Shown here piece by piece: positions 36,892 to 52,133 of a stretch of 64,000 nt of DNA (the stretch's first letter is position 1; the number at the start of each line of letters is the position of its first letter). Where the stretch lies: the NCBI GenBank assembly GCA_024277355.1, contig JAJRVL010000005.1:24428-88427 (forward strand). The letters are read 5' to 3'. The position numbers and the translations under genes are program-made. Under the pieces are notes generated by a model that was not told the DNA's origin, ran no database searches, and saw nothing but the letters and a program-made list of their open reading frames with translations. This DNA is from an archaeon. Its GTDB lineage: Archaea; Iainarchaeota; Iainarchaeia; Iainarchaeales; 1-14-0-10-31-34.

Positions 36892-37056
36892 TAAATCACG
36901 TTTTTTTCCTTCAACATAAAGAATGCTGAAGTTTATACAGTGAAATCTGCTTTAAAAAAAACTAAGTTTCTTTTCTAGCATTTATGCTCCTTAGAGCACA
37001 GTCTACTATAATAAGTAGTAATACTATTTTCTGCTGTAAAACTTATTTAAAGCTTT
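36892..37056 (-). promoter_or_regulatory. Leader/promoter region of the L3 operon: TATA-like TTTAAATA, 6-bp hairpin, and an SD-preceded 23-codon uORF
   Basis: On the minus strand: ...aagCTTTAAATAag..., GTGCTC-TAAG-GAGCAC, then AGGAGCATAAATG opening a 23-codon ORF ending 25 nt before the L3 ATG. Confidence 0.25.
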
Positions 37057-39624
37057 CTATTGCTTTTTCACAAGCATTACTACTATTATAATTATTATTG
37101 CAAGCAATCCAATTGTTACTGCTGCATTTTGTCCTAATGAAATTAACGCTGTTGCTGCTCCTATTTCTTTTGTTTCTGATTTAGTGTTAATTTCTTTGCC
37201 ATTATCAAGAACAAATGAAACAGGAATTTCTTTTTCTGTTCCATTTGTTTTTAATTTAAAGAATACTTCTTTTGTTTCTCCTGCTTTAACTTCCACTTTA
37301 GTGTTTCCTTCTAGTGTCCATTCTTCTGGAATTTCAACAATCAAATTTCCATTGATTCCTTCTGCTGTTTCATTTTCAATTGTTATTTTTAATTCTGTTT
37401 CATTAAATACTTTTTTTGTTGTTTCAGCGGAAATTTTTATTTCTTTTTCTTCAACAATTAATTCTATTGCTTTTTCAATTCTTTTTCCTGCTGATTCAAC
37501 TACAAGAACTGCATTATATTTTCCTGAATTTTCTGCTTTAATTTCAATGCTTATTGTTCTATTTGAATTAGCCGGAATTACTATGCTTTTTTCATTTGCT
37601 TTTAATAAACCTAAATCTTCCATAAAAACTCTGAATTCTTTTGATGAAGAAGAATTATTAATTAAAGTAAAAGAAATGCTGTCATCTAAAGAAACTATTT
37701 TTTTTGAAGGGAAATCAGTTACTTCAAAAGCCTGTTCTGAAGAAATTATTTTTGTGGTCTTTGACTGAACATTACATTCTGTTAATGAAACATCATAAAC
37801 CAGATAATTTTCTTTCCCTTCTAATAATTCAACTTCAATTGTTTTTGTAAAAGAATAATTTTTTGGAATGTTAATTGAATAAGGGCTTACACTTAAATTT
37901 GTTCCGTTAATTTTTATTGTTCCTGTTTTGCTTAAAGGATTGTTTATTTTTAATGTAATTTTTTCTTTTCCTAAAACACTTTTAATGCTAGGGACTTCCA
38001 AAGAAAAATCTGAACAATTGTCTGTTGTTTCCTGTTCTTCTTCATCTTCATTTCCTGTGTTATTGTTATAGTAATCTGAATTATTTACTTTTAAGTTAAA
38101 ACTTTTTCTTGTATCTGAAAAAGAACAAGTTTCTCCATTTTCAAATTTTCCTTTTACTTTAAAATAAGCAGTTGAAGTTTTATCTGAACTTACATTATCT
38201 GTTTTTACACTAAAAGAAACATTTTTTTCAGAGTTGTTATTTATATAAGAAGGAAAATCAATGTTTCTGAATTCTGCAAAAGAAGTAAATTCATCAAAGT
38301 CTATTCCTTCAATGTAAAATCTTTCATTTGAATTGTTTTCGACTGAAAAAGAAGCTGAAAAATAATCGTTTTCATTTAAATTTAAATTTTTTGTATTTAA
38401 GTAAATGTCATTGCATTCTCCTTCATTAAAATAAGAATTTTCTACTGTAATGTTTACTGTTTCTTCTCTTATTTCTGAATAAGAACAGTAATTTCCGCCG
38501 GAATAATGCCCTGAAATTCTAATGTAAATTTTTCCTGTTTCATTAAATGAAACTGAATTACTGTTTATTTTGTAGTCAAATTCTCTTGAAGAGTTTTTTG
38601 GAATTAAGCTTGGATTATAACTTTCTGTTGCATTAAAATAAGAACTATTATCTAATACATCAAAATCATCAATATAAAAAGCTGAATCAGAATAATTTCT
38701 CACAGTAAAAGAAAAAGTTTCTGAGTCATTTTCCTGTATTCTTTCATTTGAAGCACTAATACTTATGTTTCCGCATGAATTATCAAATGAGTTATCTGAA
38801 ACTCTTACAATAAAATCTTTTTTTATGTCTGAATAAGAACAGGTTTTTCCTGAAGCAAATTCTCCTTTAATTTTTAAAGTTGCAGTTCCGGTTCTATCTG
38901 AATTAACTTCAGAACTATTAACTTTCAGTCTTACTTGTCCTAAACCATCTGAAGCAATAGATGAATCATTTGAATTAGTAAAAACTCCAAAAAATGATTC
39001 ATATTCAACTGGTGAAACTCCTTTAATGTAAAATCTTTCATTTGAATTATTTTTTATATTAAAAGTAACAAATTCTGTTTCATTTTCATTCATTGCAACT
39101 GAATTAGAAAAAATTTCTATATCGTCGCAATAAGAATCAAAACCTGAATTAACTAAATCTACAAAAGCAATATTAGAGCCTGAATTATAATAATCAGTTG
39201 AATTTTCTGCATAAACAATTACTTTATATTTTGAATAATAATCATCAATAAAAAATGCGTCATACCAGTAAACTGTCTTGTAATTAAGATAATTTAATGA
39301 AATATTTCTTGTATTAGTTGTCTTTAAATAAACCCAGCCGTTATTGTAGCCGTAAATTTCAGCATAAGCTTGAATCCAGTCGTTGTAATAATAGTCGCCG
39401 TAATAATTATAATAATCCAAAAAAAGTTCTGCTCTTATGTCAACTGCATCGTTGTCGTTTACATTAATTGAATTACTCCAATAAGAATCATAATCGCTTC
39501 TTAATTCAACTGAAGAAACTTCAACAAAAAAAGGATGCGAAGTATCAGTAAACACAGCTGAATTCACATTAGATAAAATAAAAATTAAAAGCATTATTAT
39601 AGACAAAAACTTTCTCATAAACAA
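37057..39624 (-). CDS. Large secreted/cell-surface protein with N-terminal signal peptide, >=3 tandem ~110-aa repeats, many N-x-S/T sequons and a C-terminal TM anchor (S-layer/adhesin candidate)
   Basis: N-terminal MFMRKFLSIIMLLIFILSNVNSA. Repeats are marked by F..NNSNERFYI.G and GK.CS(Y/F)S(D/E)I motifs. The protein is rich in N, S, Y and D. The C-terminus is a hydrophobic helix followed by KKQ. Confidence 0.7.
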   Translation of the reverse strand: MFMRKFLSIIMLLIFILSNVNSAVFTDTSHPFFVEVSSVELRSDYDSYWSNSINVNDNDAVDIRAELFLDYYNYYGDYYYNDWIQAYAEIYGYNNGWVYLKTTNTRNISLNYLNYKTVYWYDAFFIDDYYSKYKVIVYAENSTDYYNSGSNIAFVDLVNSGFDSYCDDIEIFSNSVAMNENETEFVTFNIKNNSNERFYIKGVSPVEYESFFGVFTNSNDSSIASDGLGQVRLKVNSSEVNSDRTGTATLKIKGEFASGKTCSYSDIKKDFIVRVSDNSFDNSCGNISISASNERIQENDSETFSFTVRNYSDSAFYIDDFDVLDNSSYFNATESYNPSLIPKNSSREFDYKINSNSVSFNETGKIYIRISGHYSGGNYCSYSEIREETVNITVENSYFNEGECNDIYLNTKNLNLNENDYFSASFSVENNSNERFYIEGIDFDEFTSFAEFRNIDFPSYINNNSEKNVSFSVKTDNVSSDKTSTAYFKVKGKFENGETCSFSDTRKSFNLKVNNSDYYNNNTGNEDEEEQETTDNCSDFSLEVPSIKSVLGKEKITLKINNPLSKTGTIKINGTNLSVSPYSINIPKNYSFTKTIEVELLEGKENYLVYDVSLTECNVQSKTTKIISSEQAFEVTDFPSKKIVSLDDSISFTLINNSSSSKEFRVFMEDLGLLKANEKSIVIPANSNRTISIEIKAENSGKYNAVLVVESAGKRIEKAIELIVEEKEIKISAETTKKVFNETELKITIENETAEGINGNLIVEIPEEWTLEGNTKVEVKAGETKEVFFKLKTNGTEKEIPVSFVLDNGKEINTKSETKEIGAATALISLGQNAAVTIGLLAIIIIIVVMLVKKQ

Positions 39625-39716
39625 CCACCATTAACCACTCAAAAGTGGTAAAATTATATATAAGTCTGTAATTTAATGTATTTAAACATAATGTTTGAGT
39701 TTTTTACTTCTTTTTT

Positions 39717-41147
39717 TTAACCTTTTACAACTCCAATTGGAGTTAATCTTGCAACTTTTTTTGCTATTCCGCTTACTTCTAATGAATTAATTACTTCATC
39801 TATATCTTTGTATGCTTCAGGCATTTCTTCAGATAAAGTTTTTGGAGATCTGGACTTAACAAATCTTCCGTTTTCTTCCATTTCTTTTTTTACTTGTTCC
39901 CCGTTTTTTGTTTTAATTGCTTTTGTTCTGGACATTACTCTTCCTGCTCCGTGGGCAACAGAACCAAAAGTTTCCTGTAATCCTTTTTCTGTTCCTATTA
40001 CAATCCATGATGAAGTTCCCATTGAGCCAGGAATAATTGCCGGATGTCCTGAATCCAGATAACTTTTTGGGTTTTCTTTTTTTCCTGCAGGAAAAGCTCT
40101 TGTTGCTCCTTTTCTATGAACTAATAATTTTTCTTTTTTTCCGTTTAATTCATGTTCTTCAAATTTAGCAATATTATGTGCTACATCATAAACTAACTTC
40201 ATTTCCATTTCTTCTGCTTTTTTTCCTAAAACTTTTTCAAAACTTTTTCTTGTCCAGTGAGTAATTAACTGCCTGTTTGCAAAAGCATAATTTACTGCAC
40301 AAGCCATAGCTTCTAAATAATCTTTTCCTTCTTTTGAATTAATTGGAGTGCAGGCTAATTGTTTATCTGAAACGTTAATTGAATATTTTTTCATTGCATT
40401 TTCCATTGTCTCTAAATAATCTGATGCAATCTGATGTCCAAAACCTCTGCTTCCGCAATGAATCATTATAGTTAAATTTCCTTTTTTTAAACCGAATTTT
40501 TCTGCTGTTTTTTCATCAAAAATTTTTTCTACTTTTTGTATTTCTAAAAAATGATTTCCTGACCCTAATGAACCTAATTGTTTTACTCCTCTTTGAACTG
40601 CTTTTTCTGAAACTTTTTTTGGATTAGCATTTTCTAATTTTCCGTTTTCTTCTGTGTTTTCAATATCTTGTTTCCATCCAAAACCGTTTTCTACTGCCCA
40701 TTTACTTCCTTTTTTCATTACTTCAATTAACTGCCTTTTATCTATTTTTAGTTGTCCTTTTGAACCTATTCCTGCAGGAACTTGCTTAAACAATTCTTCT
40801 AGTAATTCCTGTTCTTTTCCTTTAATGTCTTTTTCAGTTAAATTTGTTTTAATTAATCTTACTCCGCAGTTAATGTCAAACCCTATTCCTCCTGGAGAAA
40901 CAACACCGTTTTCTGAATTAAATGCTGCTATGCCTCCAATTGGAAAACCATAACCCCAATGACAGTCAGGCATTGCAATTGAATATTTTTGTATTCCTGG
41001 AAGTTCAGCTACATTAACTAATTGTTGTATTGCATTTTCTTCTATTTGTTCAAGTAATTTTTTTGTTGCATAAATTCTTGCAGGCACTAACATTTTTCCT
41101 TGCTTTTCTATTTCATAAATTCCTTTTTTTATTTCTTTTAAATTCAT
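39717..41147 (-). CDS. rtcB: RNA-splicing ligase RtcB
   Basis: DCHWGYGFPIGG, GSGNHF and HGAGR motifs; 476 aa. Confidence 0.95.
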   Translation of the reverse strand: MNLKEIKKGIYEIEKQGKMLVPARIYATKKLLEQIEENAIQQLVNVAELPGIQKYSIAMPDCHWGYGFPIGGIAAFNSENGVVSPGGIGFDINCGVRLIKTNLTEKDIKGKEQELLEELFKQVPAGIGSKGQLKIDKRQLIEVMKKGSKWAVENGFGWKQDIENTEENGKLENANPKKVSEKAVQRGVKQLGSLGSGNHFLEIQKVEKIFDEKTAEKFGLKKGNLTIMIHCGSRGFGHQIASDYLETMENAMKKYSINVSDKQLACTPINSKEGKDYLEAMACAVNYAFANRQLITHWTRKSFEKVLGKKAEEMEMKLVYDVAHNIAKFEEHELNGKKEKLLVHRKGATRAFPAGKKENPKSYLDSGHPAIIPGSMGTSSWIVIGTEKGLQETFGSVAHGAGRVMSRTKAIKTKNGEQVKKEMEENGRFVKSRSPKTLSEEMPEAYKDIDEVINSLEVSGIAKKVARLTPIGVVKG

Positions 41148-41159
41148 TTTGTCTTCACT

Positions 41160-41594
41160 TTAAACATCAACTAATACTTCTGCTGTCCATTCTTCTTTTT
41201 TTTCTACTTTGAATTCATGTTTTGTTATTGCTTTGATTTCTGTTTTGATTTCGTGTTTGTCTAAATTAATTTTTTCTCCTAAACAGAAAACTATTAATTT
41301 AAATTCAGTTTTTTCATTGATTTTTTTTTCTGTTAATTTTTTTATTTGAAATTCAGAAAAAATTAATTCGTTTGCATCAATTTCAAATAATAATTCCTGC
41401 AAAAATTTAAATAAAAGTTGTTCAAATGATTCTGCTTTAATTTCAATTATTCCTTTTCCTTTTTTTTCTATTTCTTTTAAGTCAATAATTGAATTGCATA
41501 AAGCTTTACCTGAATTAATAATTAGTTCTTCTTTTGTTTTGCCGTAAGCCTTAAATTTAATGTCTGCTGTATGCTCTAAATATTCATATTGCAT
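41160..41594 (-). CDS. Archease (RtcB activator)
   Basis: MQYEYLEHTADIKFKAYGKT archease N-terminal signature. Adjacent to rtcB. Confidence 0.85.
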   Translation of the reverse strand: MQYEYLEHTADIKFKAYGKTKEELIINSGKALCNSIIDLKEIEKKGKGIIEIKAESFEQLLFKFLQELLFEIDANELIFSEFQIKKLTEKKINEKTEFKLIVFCLGEKINLDKHEIKTEIKAITKHEFKVEKKEEWTAEVLVDV

Positions 41595-41643
41595 AATAAA
41601 AGAAAGGAAACCAGCTTTTATTAAAGGTTTTTAAAATTAGAAA

Positions 41644-41961
41644 TTATTCCTTTAATTCAATTTCAACGTGAACTTGTTCTGGGATTTCTACTCTCATTAT
41701 TCTTCTTAAAGTTCTTTCGTCTGCTTCAATGTCTAATAATCTTTTATGAATTCTCATTTCCCATTTATCAATTGAACTTGTTCCGCCGCCAGGCATTCCT
41801 TTTCTTGTAGGAACAGTTAATTTTCTTGTAGGTAAAGGAATACTTCCTGAATGCTTTACTCCTGTTCTGTTTGCGACTTCTTTAATTTTTTCACAGATAT
41901 CTTCAAGTAATTTGAAGTCAGGGCTTGTTAATTTAATTCTTGCTTTTCTCATATATATCAA
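41644..41961 (-). CDS. rps10: Ribosomal protein S10 (uS10)
   Basis: KARIKLTSPDFKLLEDICEKI... pattern. The true start may be the Met at 41952. Confidence 0.9.
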   Translation of the reverse strand: MIYMRKARIKLTSPDFKLLEDICEKIKEVANRTGVKHSGSIPLPTRKLTVPTRKGMPGGGTSSIDKWEMRIHKRLLDIEADERTLRRIMRVEIPEQVHVEIELKE

Positions 41962-42028
41962 TATTCCTTTGATTTAATCTTTTCTAAAATAGCTTAAAAA
42001 AGATAAAAGAAATGAAAGCTTAAAGCCT

Positions 42029-43294
<1,266 letters not shown>

Positions 43295-43497
43295 TTGAAA
43301 TACACCTCCAAAGGTAAAATTCACTTTAATGTTTGAACATTTAATTTTGTAAAAAAACACTTTAATTAAAGAAAATAGTGCTTTCTCCAATTATTATTCT
43401 TTAAAACAAAAACTATTTAAATGCTTTTATAAAGGATTCTGGATTCTTTTAACTTAAAAAACATATTTTTAAATTAAAGTTTGAAGTTAATTATTTT

Positions 43498-44235
43498 ATG
43501 CCAAAAGGAAAAAACAGGCTGCCTAAAAGCAGGTTAGTGGAAGTTCTTTCAGAGAAAAAAAAAGTGTTGGAAATAAAAAGACCTAAATCAATGGAAAAAA
43601 GCAGGATTATTTCTCCTAAACTGGCTTTAAAGACTGCAGTAACTTTTTTAAATGATGCGACAAAAAGAAATTCTAATAATTCAACTAAATTTTTTCATAA
43701 ATTAAAATCTTCAAAAAGTACAAGTTCTTTTGCTATTTTTGGTTTTGGTGGAAGAAATATTAACAGAGGAGCTTTTGTTCAAAGAATTGAATCCATATTA
43801 AAAGGAGATGATTTAACTGAAGTTAAAAGACAGTTTGAAAGACAGTTTAGTAAATTAACAAGATATTCTTTGGCTGATTTAGTTGAATTAAGCGGAAGTC
43901 CTTTGTTAGGTTCAAGAGGAACCGCTAAAGTTGAAGTTACAAAAAAAAATGGCGTTAATAATGTTGTTTTGCTTGGTGCGGCTGTTCCAAGTTTTAAAAG
44001 AAATTCTACAGTAGTTGAAAGAAATAAGCGTTTTCTTTATGAAAATTTAATTAATAATGTTAGAAGGGTTTATGGAAAAAAAACTAATTTTACAATTAGA
44101 ATTCCAAAAGAAGATTCAAGAATTGCAAGTTATTTAGAAAGCAAATTTGTTATTGAAAAAACTGAATCAATGCCTAATATTATAAGTTTAACAATAGACT
44201 TAAGTAAAACATATAAAAGAAAAAAAGGAAAATAA
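43498..44235 (+). CDS. Basic hypothetical protein, paralog B of the two-member family (see 11842..12780)
   Basis: 245 aa with no recognisable domain. It is inserted antisense between aEF1A and aEF2. Blocks MPKGKNRLPKSRLV, TRYSLADLVELSGSP and FTIRIPKED...FVIEKTESMPNIISLTIDL match paralog A. Confidence 0.5.
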   Translation: MPKGKNRLPKSRLVEVLSEKKKVLEIKRPKSMEKSRIISPKLALKTAVTFLNDATKRNSNNSTKFFHKLKSSKSTSSFAIFGFGGRNINRGAFVQRIESILKGDDLTEVKRQFERQFSKLTRYSLADLVELSGSPLLGSRGTAKVEVTKKNGVNNVVLLGAAVPSFKRNSTVVERNKRFLYENLINNVRRVYGKKTNFTIRIPKEDSRIASYLESKFVIEKTESMPNIISLTIDLSKTYKRKKGK

Positions 44236-44242
44236 TTTTTTT

Positions 44243-46438
44243 TTAATCAAAAAAGAATTCTGCTTTTTTTGGTTCTGGATCCATTCCTTTTCTTTTTCTG
44301 ATGTCAACAATAGTGTTGTGCTGTAATTCTCTTGGAAGCATTTCATATCCTGCATATTCTGCTGTCCAGATTGCTCTTCCTTGTGTTGCGCCTCTTATTG
44401 CTGCACTAAACCCAATTAATTCTTTTACTGGAGCTTTTCCAATTATTATTGTTTGATCTCCTTCGTGTCTCATGTCAGTTATTTGTGTTCTTCTTGCGCC
44501 TAATTCTTTGCTTACTGATCCCATGAAATCTTCTGGAACAATAATTGATAAAGTTTGTTTTGGTTCAAGCAATACTGCATCTGACTGCAGCATGCATGCA
44601 TAAATTCCTCTGGTAATTGCAGGCAATACTTGTGCTGGTCCTCTGTGAATTGCGTCTTCGTGCAATTTTGCGTCAGTTAAAACTACTTTTACTCCCTGAC
44701 ATTTTTCTTTTGATAATGGTCCTTGATTTGTTGCATCATTAAATGCCTGCATAACTAATTCTCTTACTTCAAATAATGCTTCAATTCCTTTTGTTGCATT
44801 AACAATATAACAGTTGTTGTTTACTGTCCAAATTCTTTTTGCTTCATCTCTGTCTATTCCCATGTCAATAAATTGCTGAACTAAATGCTTGTCTTTATCT
44901 CTTATTTTTCCTTGAATTTTTGATTCATTTAATTGTTTTAATATTTCTGCAGGAATTGGCTCTACATGCATATAAAATTTATTGTGTTTGTTTGGTGTTT
45001 TTGCTTCATGTTTTTTAGGAGATTCTTTTGTTATTGTTTCTCTATATACAACTATTGGAGCACTTACTGTGACTGGAATTTTATGGTCTACTTCAATTCT
45101 ATGCTGTGTTACTTCTAAGTGTAGTTCTCCCATTCCTGAAAGCAAATGTTCGCCTGTATCCTGATTTATTGTTGCTTTAATATTTGGGTCTTCTTTTGTT
45201 ATTTGTCTTATTGTTTCAATTAATTTAGGTAAATTTTTTGCTTCTTTTGCTTCAACTGAAACAGTCATTACTGGTTCAGCATTAGACATAAATGATTCAA
45301 ATTCTTTCATTTTTAAAGTTGAAATTGTTTCGCCTGCATAAACTTCTTTTAATCCTACTAATGCTGCAATATTTCCTGCTGGAATTTCGCTTACCTGGAC
45401 TCTTTCTGGTCCCATAAATAATGCAACTTGTTGTACTCCGATTTCTTTTTGTGATCCAATTAATTTTACAGTTGTTCCTTTTCTTACTGTTCCTGAATAA
45501 ATTCTTCCTGTTGCTACATCTCCTGCATGAGGGTCAACACTTATATCTACAACCATCATTGCTAATGGTCCGTTTGGATCGCATGCAAGCATTGCTTTTC
45601 CTTCTTCGCTTTCTATTTCTCCTGTCCAAATTTTTGGTATTCTGTATCTTTGTGCAATTAAAGGATTAGGTAAATGTTGTATTACTAATTCAACTATTGC
45701 TTCATATAAAGAACTTTTTTCTGCAAGAGTTTTTTGGTCTTTGTTTTTACAGTAATTGTATACATCTTTAAATGAAATTCCGGTTTTTTTCATGTGCAAA
45801 GCTGATATAGCCCAGTTATAATAAGCTGAACCAAATACTACTGAACCGTTTTCTACTTTTACTTTCCATTTTTCTTTAAATTGTTCTGGAGCATTTTTAT
45901 CTATTAATCTGTTAACTTGAGTTATTGTTTTGATAAATCTTTCCTGCATTTGTTCTGGAGTTAACTGTAATTCGTTGACTAATCTGTCAACTTTATTGAT
46001 AAATAAACATGGTTTTACATTTTCTTTTAATGCCTGTCTTACAACTGTTTCTGTTTGAGGCATTACTCCTTCAACTGAATCCACAACTAATATTACGCCG
46101 TCTACTGCTCTCATTGCTCTTATTACTTCTCCTCCAAAATCAATGTGTCCTGGAGTGTCAATTATATTAATTAAGTGGTCTTTGTCTTGATATTTTTGAA
46201 CTATTGAAACATTAGCTGAATTAATTGTTATTCCTCTTTCTTGTTCTAATTCATAGTAATCCATGAATTGTTGTTTGCCTGCTAATTCAGTTGAAATTAT
46301 GCCGGATGCAGCAATTAAATTGTCGGTCATTGTGGTTTTTCCATGGTCAATATGGGCAACAACACCAATGTTTCTGATGTGTTCTCTTGAATTCATGAAT
46401 TTTTCTGCATTTCTTGCTACGTCTTCTCTTTTACTCAT
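44243..46438 (-). CDS. fusA: Elongation factor 2 (aEF2)
   Basis: IRNIGVVAHIDHGKTT and DTPGHIDF motifs. 731 aa, including the diphthamide-region domain IV. Confidence 0.95.
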   Translation of the reverse strand: MSKREDVARNAEKFMNSREHIRNIGVVAHIDHGKTTMTDNLIAASGIISTELAGKQQFMDYYELEQERGITINSANVSIVQKYQDKDHLINIIDTPGHIDFGGEVIRAMRAVDGVILVVDSVEGVMPQTETVVRQALKENVKPCLFINKVDRLVNELQLTPEQMQERFIKTITQVNRLIDKNAPEQFKEKWKVKVENGSVVFGSAYYNWAISALHMKKTGISFKDVYNYCKNKDQKTLAEKSSLYEAIVELVIQHLPNPLIAQRYRIPKIWTGEIESEEGKAMLACDPNGPLAMMVVDISVDPHAGDVATGRIYSGTVRKGTTVKLIGSQKEIGVQQVALFMGPERVQVSEIPAGNIAALVGLKEVYAGETISTLKMKEFESFMSNAEPVMTVSVEAKEAKNLPKLIETIRQITKEDPNIKATINQDTGEHLLSGMGELHLEVTQHRIEVDHKIPVTVSAPIVVYRETITKESPKKHEAKTPNKHNKFYMHVEPIPAEILKQLNESKIQGKIRDKDKHLVQQFIDMGIDRDEAKRIWTVNNNCYIVNATKGIEALFEVRELVMQAFNDATNQGPLSKEKCQGVKVVLTDAKLHEDAIHRGPAQVLPAITRGIYACMLQSDAVLLEPKQTLSIIVPEDFMGSVSKELGARRTQITDMRHEGDQTIIIGKAPVKELIGFSAAIRGATQGRAIWTAEYAGYEMLPRELQHNTIVDIRKRKGMDPEPKKAEFFFD

Positions 46439-46453
46439 TAGTATCCCTCTTAA

Positions 46454-47059
46454 TTATCTTGAGCTGATTGCAATTCTTTCTACTTCGTTTTTTCTTTTAA
46501 CTGAAAAAGAATTTGTATCGTTTTTTGAAGCTAAAATTAGTTCTTTTGCTAAAGTCTGGGCTGCATCAACTTTTTTGTTAAATGAAGATGCAAACGCAGC
46601 TAAAGCTAAATTCTTTAATGCTTCATCTATTCTTTTTAATGGAGATAAATCCACTGAAATTGTATAAGCTATTCCGCCTTTTTTTATTCTTGTAATGTCT
46701 TCTCTTGGAGCAGAATTTTCTATTGCTTTAACTAATACCTGCAAAGGATTTTGTTTTGTTTCGTTTTCTATAATTAAAAATGCGTCTTCAATTATGTTCA
46801 TTGCCTGTAATTTTTTTCCACAACTTTTTCTTCCTCTAATATATTTTCCTGATAATTTTCTTTTTCCTTGTCCTGAACGCATTACTTTGTTTATTAGTCT
46901 TTCAACTATGTTCAGGCTTCCTTTTGCAAATCTTTTTCTTGTTTTTTTTCCAAAAGTGTGTGGAATGATTTTATCTTCAAAGTTAATGTATTTAACTAAG
47001 CTGATGTCATCTATTTTTACTGGTTCTGAATCCCATTTATCAAATAATAGTGTTTTCAT
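46454..47059 (-). CDS. rps7: Ribosomal protein S7 (uS7)
   Basis: Operon position plus a KAIENSAPREDITRIKKGGIAY pattern. Confidence 0.9.
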   Translation of the reverse strand: MKTLLFDKWDSEPVKIDDISLVKYINFEDKIIPHTFGKKTRKRFAKGSLNIVERLINKVMRSGQGKRKLSGKYIRGRKSCGKKLQAMNIIEDAFLIIENETKQNPLQVLVKAIENSAPREDITRIKKGGIAYTISVDLSPLKRIDEALKNLALAAFASSFNKKVDAAQTLAKELILASKNDTNSFSVKRKNEVERIAISSR

Positions 47060-47064
47060 TTTAA

Positions 47065-47496
47065 TTACCTTTTAACTTTTTCTTTTCTTCCTGATCTTAG
47101 CATTTCTAATGATTGATTGTTTACTTTTATTACTTTAAATTTTACTCCCCAAAGGTCTCCTTTTGCTCCTTTTTTTCTTCCTCCGCCGCCTTCAATTAAG
47201 ACTTCGTCGTGTTCATCAATAAATTTAATTGCCCCGTCAAATGGAGCTAAAGCAGTTAATTGTTTTCCATTTTTAATTAACTGTACTCTTACACATTTTC
47301 TTATTCCTGAGTTTGGCTGTCTTGCTGTTACTCCTCTTTTTTCTAATACAATTCCTCTGGCTTGTGGAGAACCTTCCATTATGTCTTTTAGTTTTTTCTT
47401 TTTTCTTCTTGCCCTTATTTTTTCTTTTGGGTTTTTCTTTTTCCATTTTTTTCTTTTTTTTTCAAGACTTTTTGCACTGAATTCTCCTCTTGCCAT
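47065..47496 (-). CDS. rps12: Ribosomal protein S12 (uS12) with basic N-terminal extension
   Basis: [34 protein letters not shown]...IEGGGG pattern. Confidence 0.9.
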   Translation of the reverse strand: MARGEFSAKSLEKKRKKWKKKNPKEKIRARRKKKKLKDIMEGSPQARGIVLEKRGVTARQPNSGIRKCVRVQLIKNGKQLTALAPFDGAIKFIDEHDEVLIEGGGGRKKGAKGDLWGVKFKVIKVNNQSLEMLRSGRKEKVKR

Positions 47497-47500
47497 TGTT

Positions 47501-47914
47501 TCACCTTATTTTAATGTTTTCAATATTATAATTTCTTTTTAGTATTTCTTTTATTTTTCTTATTTTGTTTCCTTGGCTTAAAATTTTTCTTTTATTTTCT
47601 GCGTCAACAGACAATAAAAGAATTTTTTTTCCTTCTTCTTTGTTTTCTTTTATTTCTTTTATTTTTATTTCTTTTAGTGAATTTTTCACTAAATTTTCTG
47701 GGTTTTGTGTATAACCATAAATTTCAATGTTTTTGTTTAATTTTTTTCTTAATTTATTTATTGTTTCTCCTTTTTTTCCTATTGCAGTTCCGACATATTT
47801 TTCGTTTACAACAAAAATTATATTTTTGTTGCTTATTATACAGTCTCTTGCGGTAACGCCTGAGAAATTCTGTAATGCATTAATTAATAAAATTTCTTTG
47901 TTTGAAATTTTCAT
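47501..47914 (-). CDS. nusA: Transcription termination/antitermination factor NusA (archaeal KH-only form)
   Basis: KH motif [14 protein letters not shown]; conserved position between L30e and S12. Confidence 0.8.
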   Translation of the reverse strand: MKISNKEILLINALQNFSGVTARDCIISNKNIIFVVNEKYVGTAIGKKGETINKLRKKLNKNIEIYGYTQNPENLVKNSLKEIKIKEIKENKEEGKKILLLSVDAENKRKILSQGNKIRKIKEILKRNYNIENIKIR

Positions 47915-48264
47915 TTCTTTTTCACTGTCTTTTTTGGTTTTCTGGTTTTTTTTGCTGTTTTTTCTTCTGGTTTGTTTATTTCAAGTATTTTTGATTTTCC
48001 TTTGTTTAATACTGTTAAAACTGAAACCGGAAAAGGTTTTCCGCAAACAGAACCCAATTCAACTGAAGTTCCTTTGAATTCATAAAAAGGAATTTCGCTT
48101 AATTTTGAATAATGTTCCAGTTTTTCTTTAACAAGTTTTTTTGTATTGGAACTAATAATAATTAATTCTCCGTTTCCCTTTAAAATGTTTTTCTCTGTCT
48201 GATTTTCGCCAAAATCGACTTTTCCTGTGTCAACTGTCCTTCTGATTTCAATGTTTATATTCAT
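47911..48264 (-). CDS. rpl30e: Ribosomal protein L30e with K-rich tail
   Basis: L7Ae-fold pattern GKVDFG...GNGELIIISSN plus the operon position. Confidence 0.8.
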   Translation of the reverse strand: MNINIEIRRTVDTGKVDFGENQTEKNILKGNGELIIISSNTKKLVKEKLEHYSKLSEIPFYEFKGTSVELGSVCGKPFPVSVLTVLNKGKSKILEINKPEEKTAKKTRKPKKTVKKK

Positions 48265-48269
48265 TGTTA

Positions 48270-52129
<3,860 letters not shown>

Positions 52130-52133
52130 TTAT

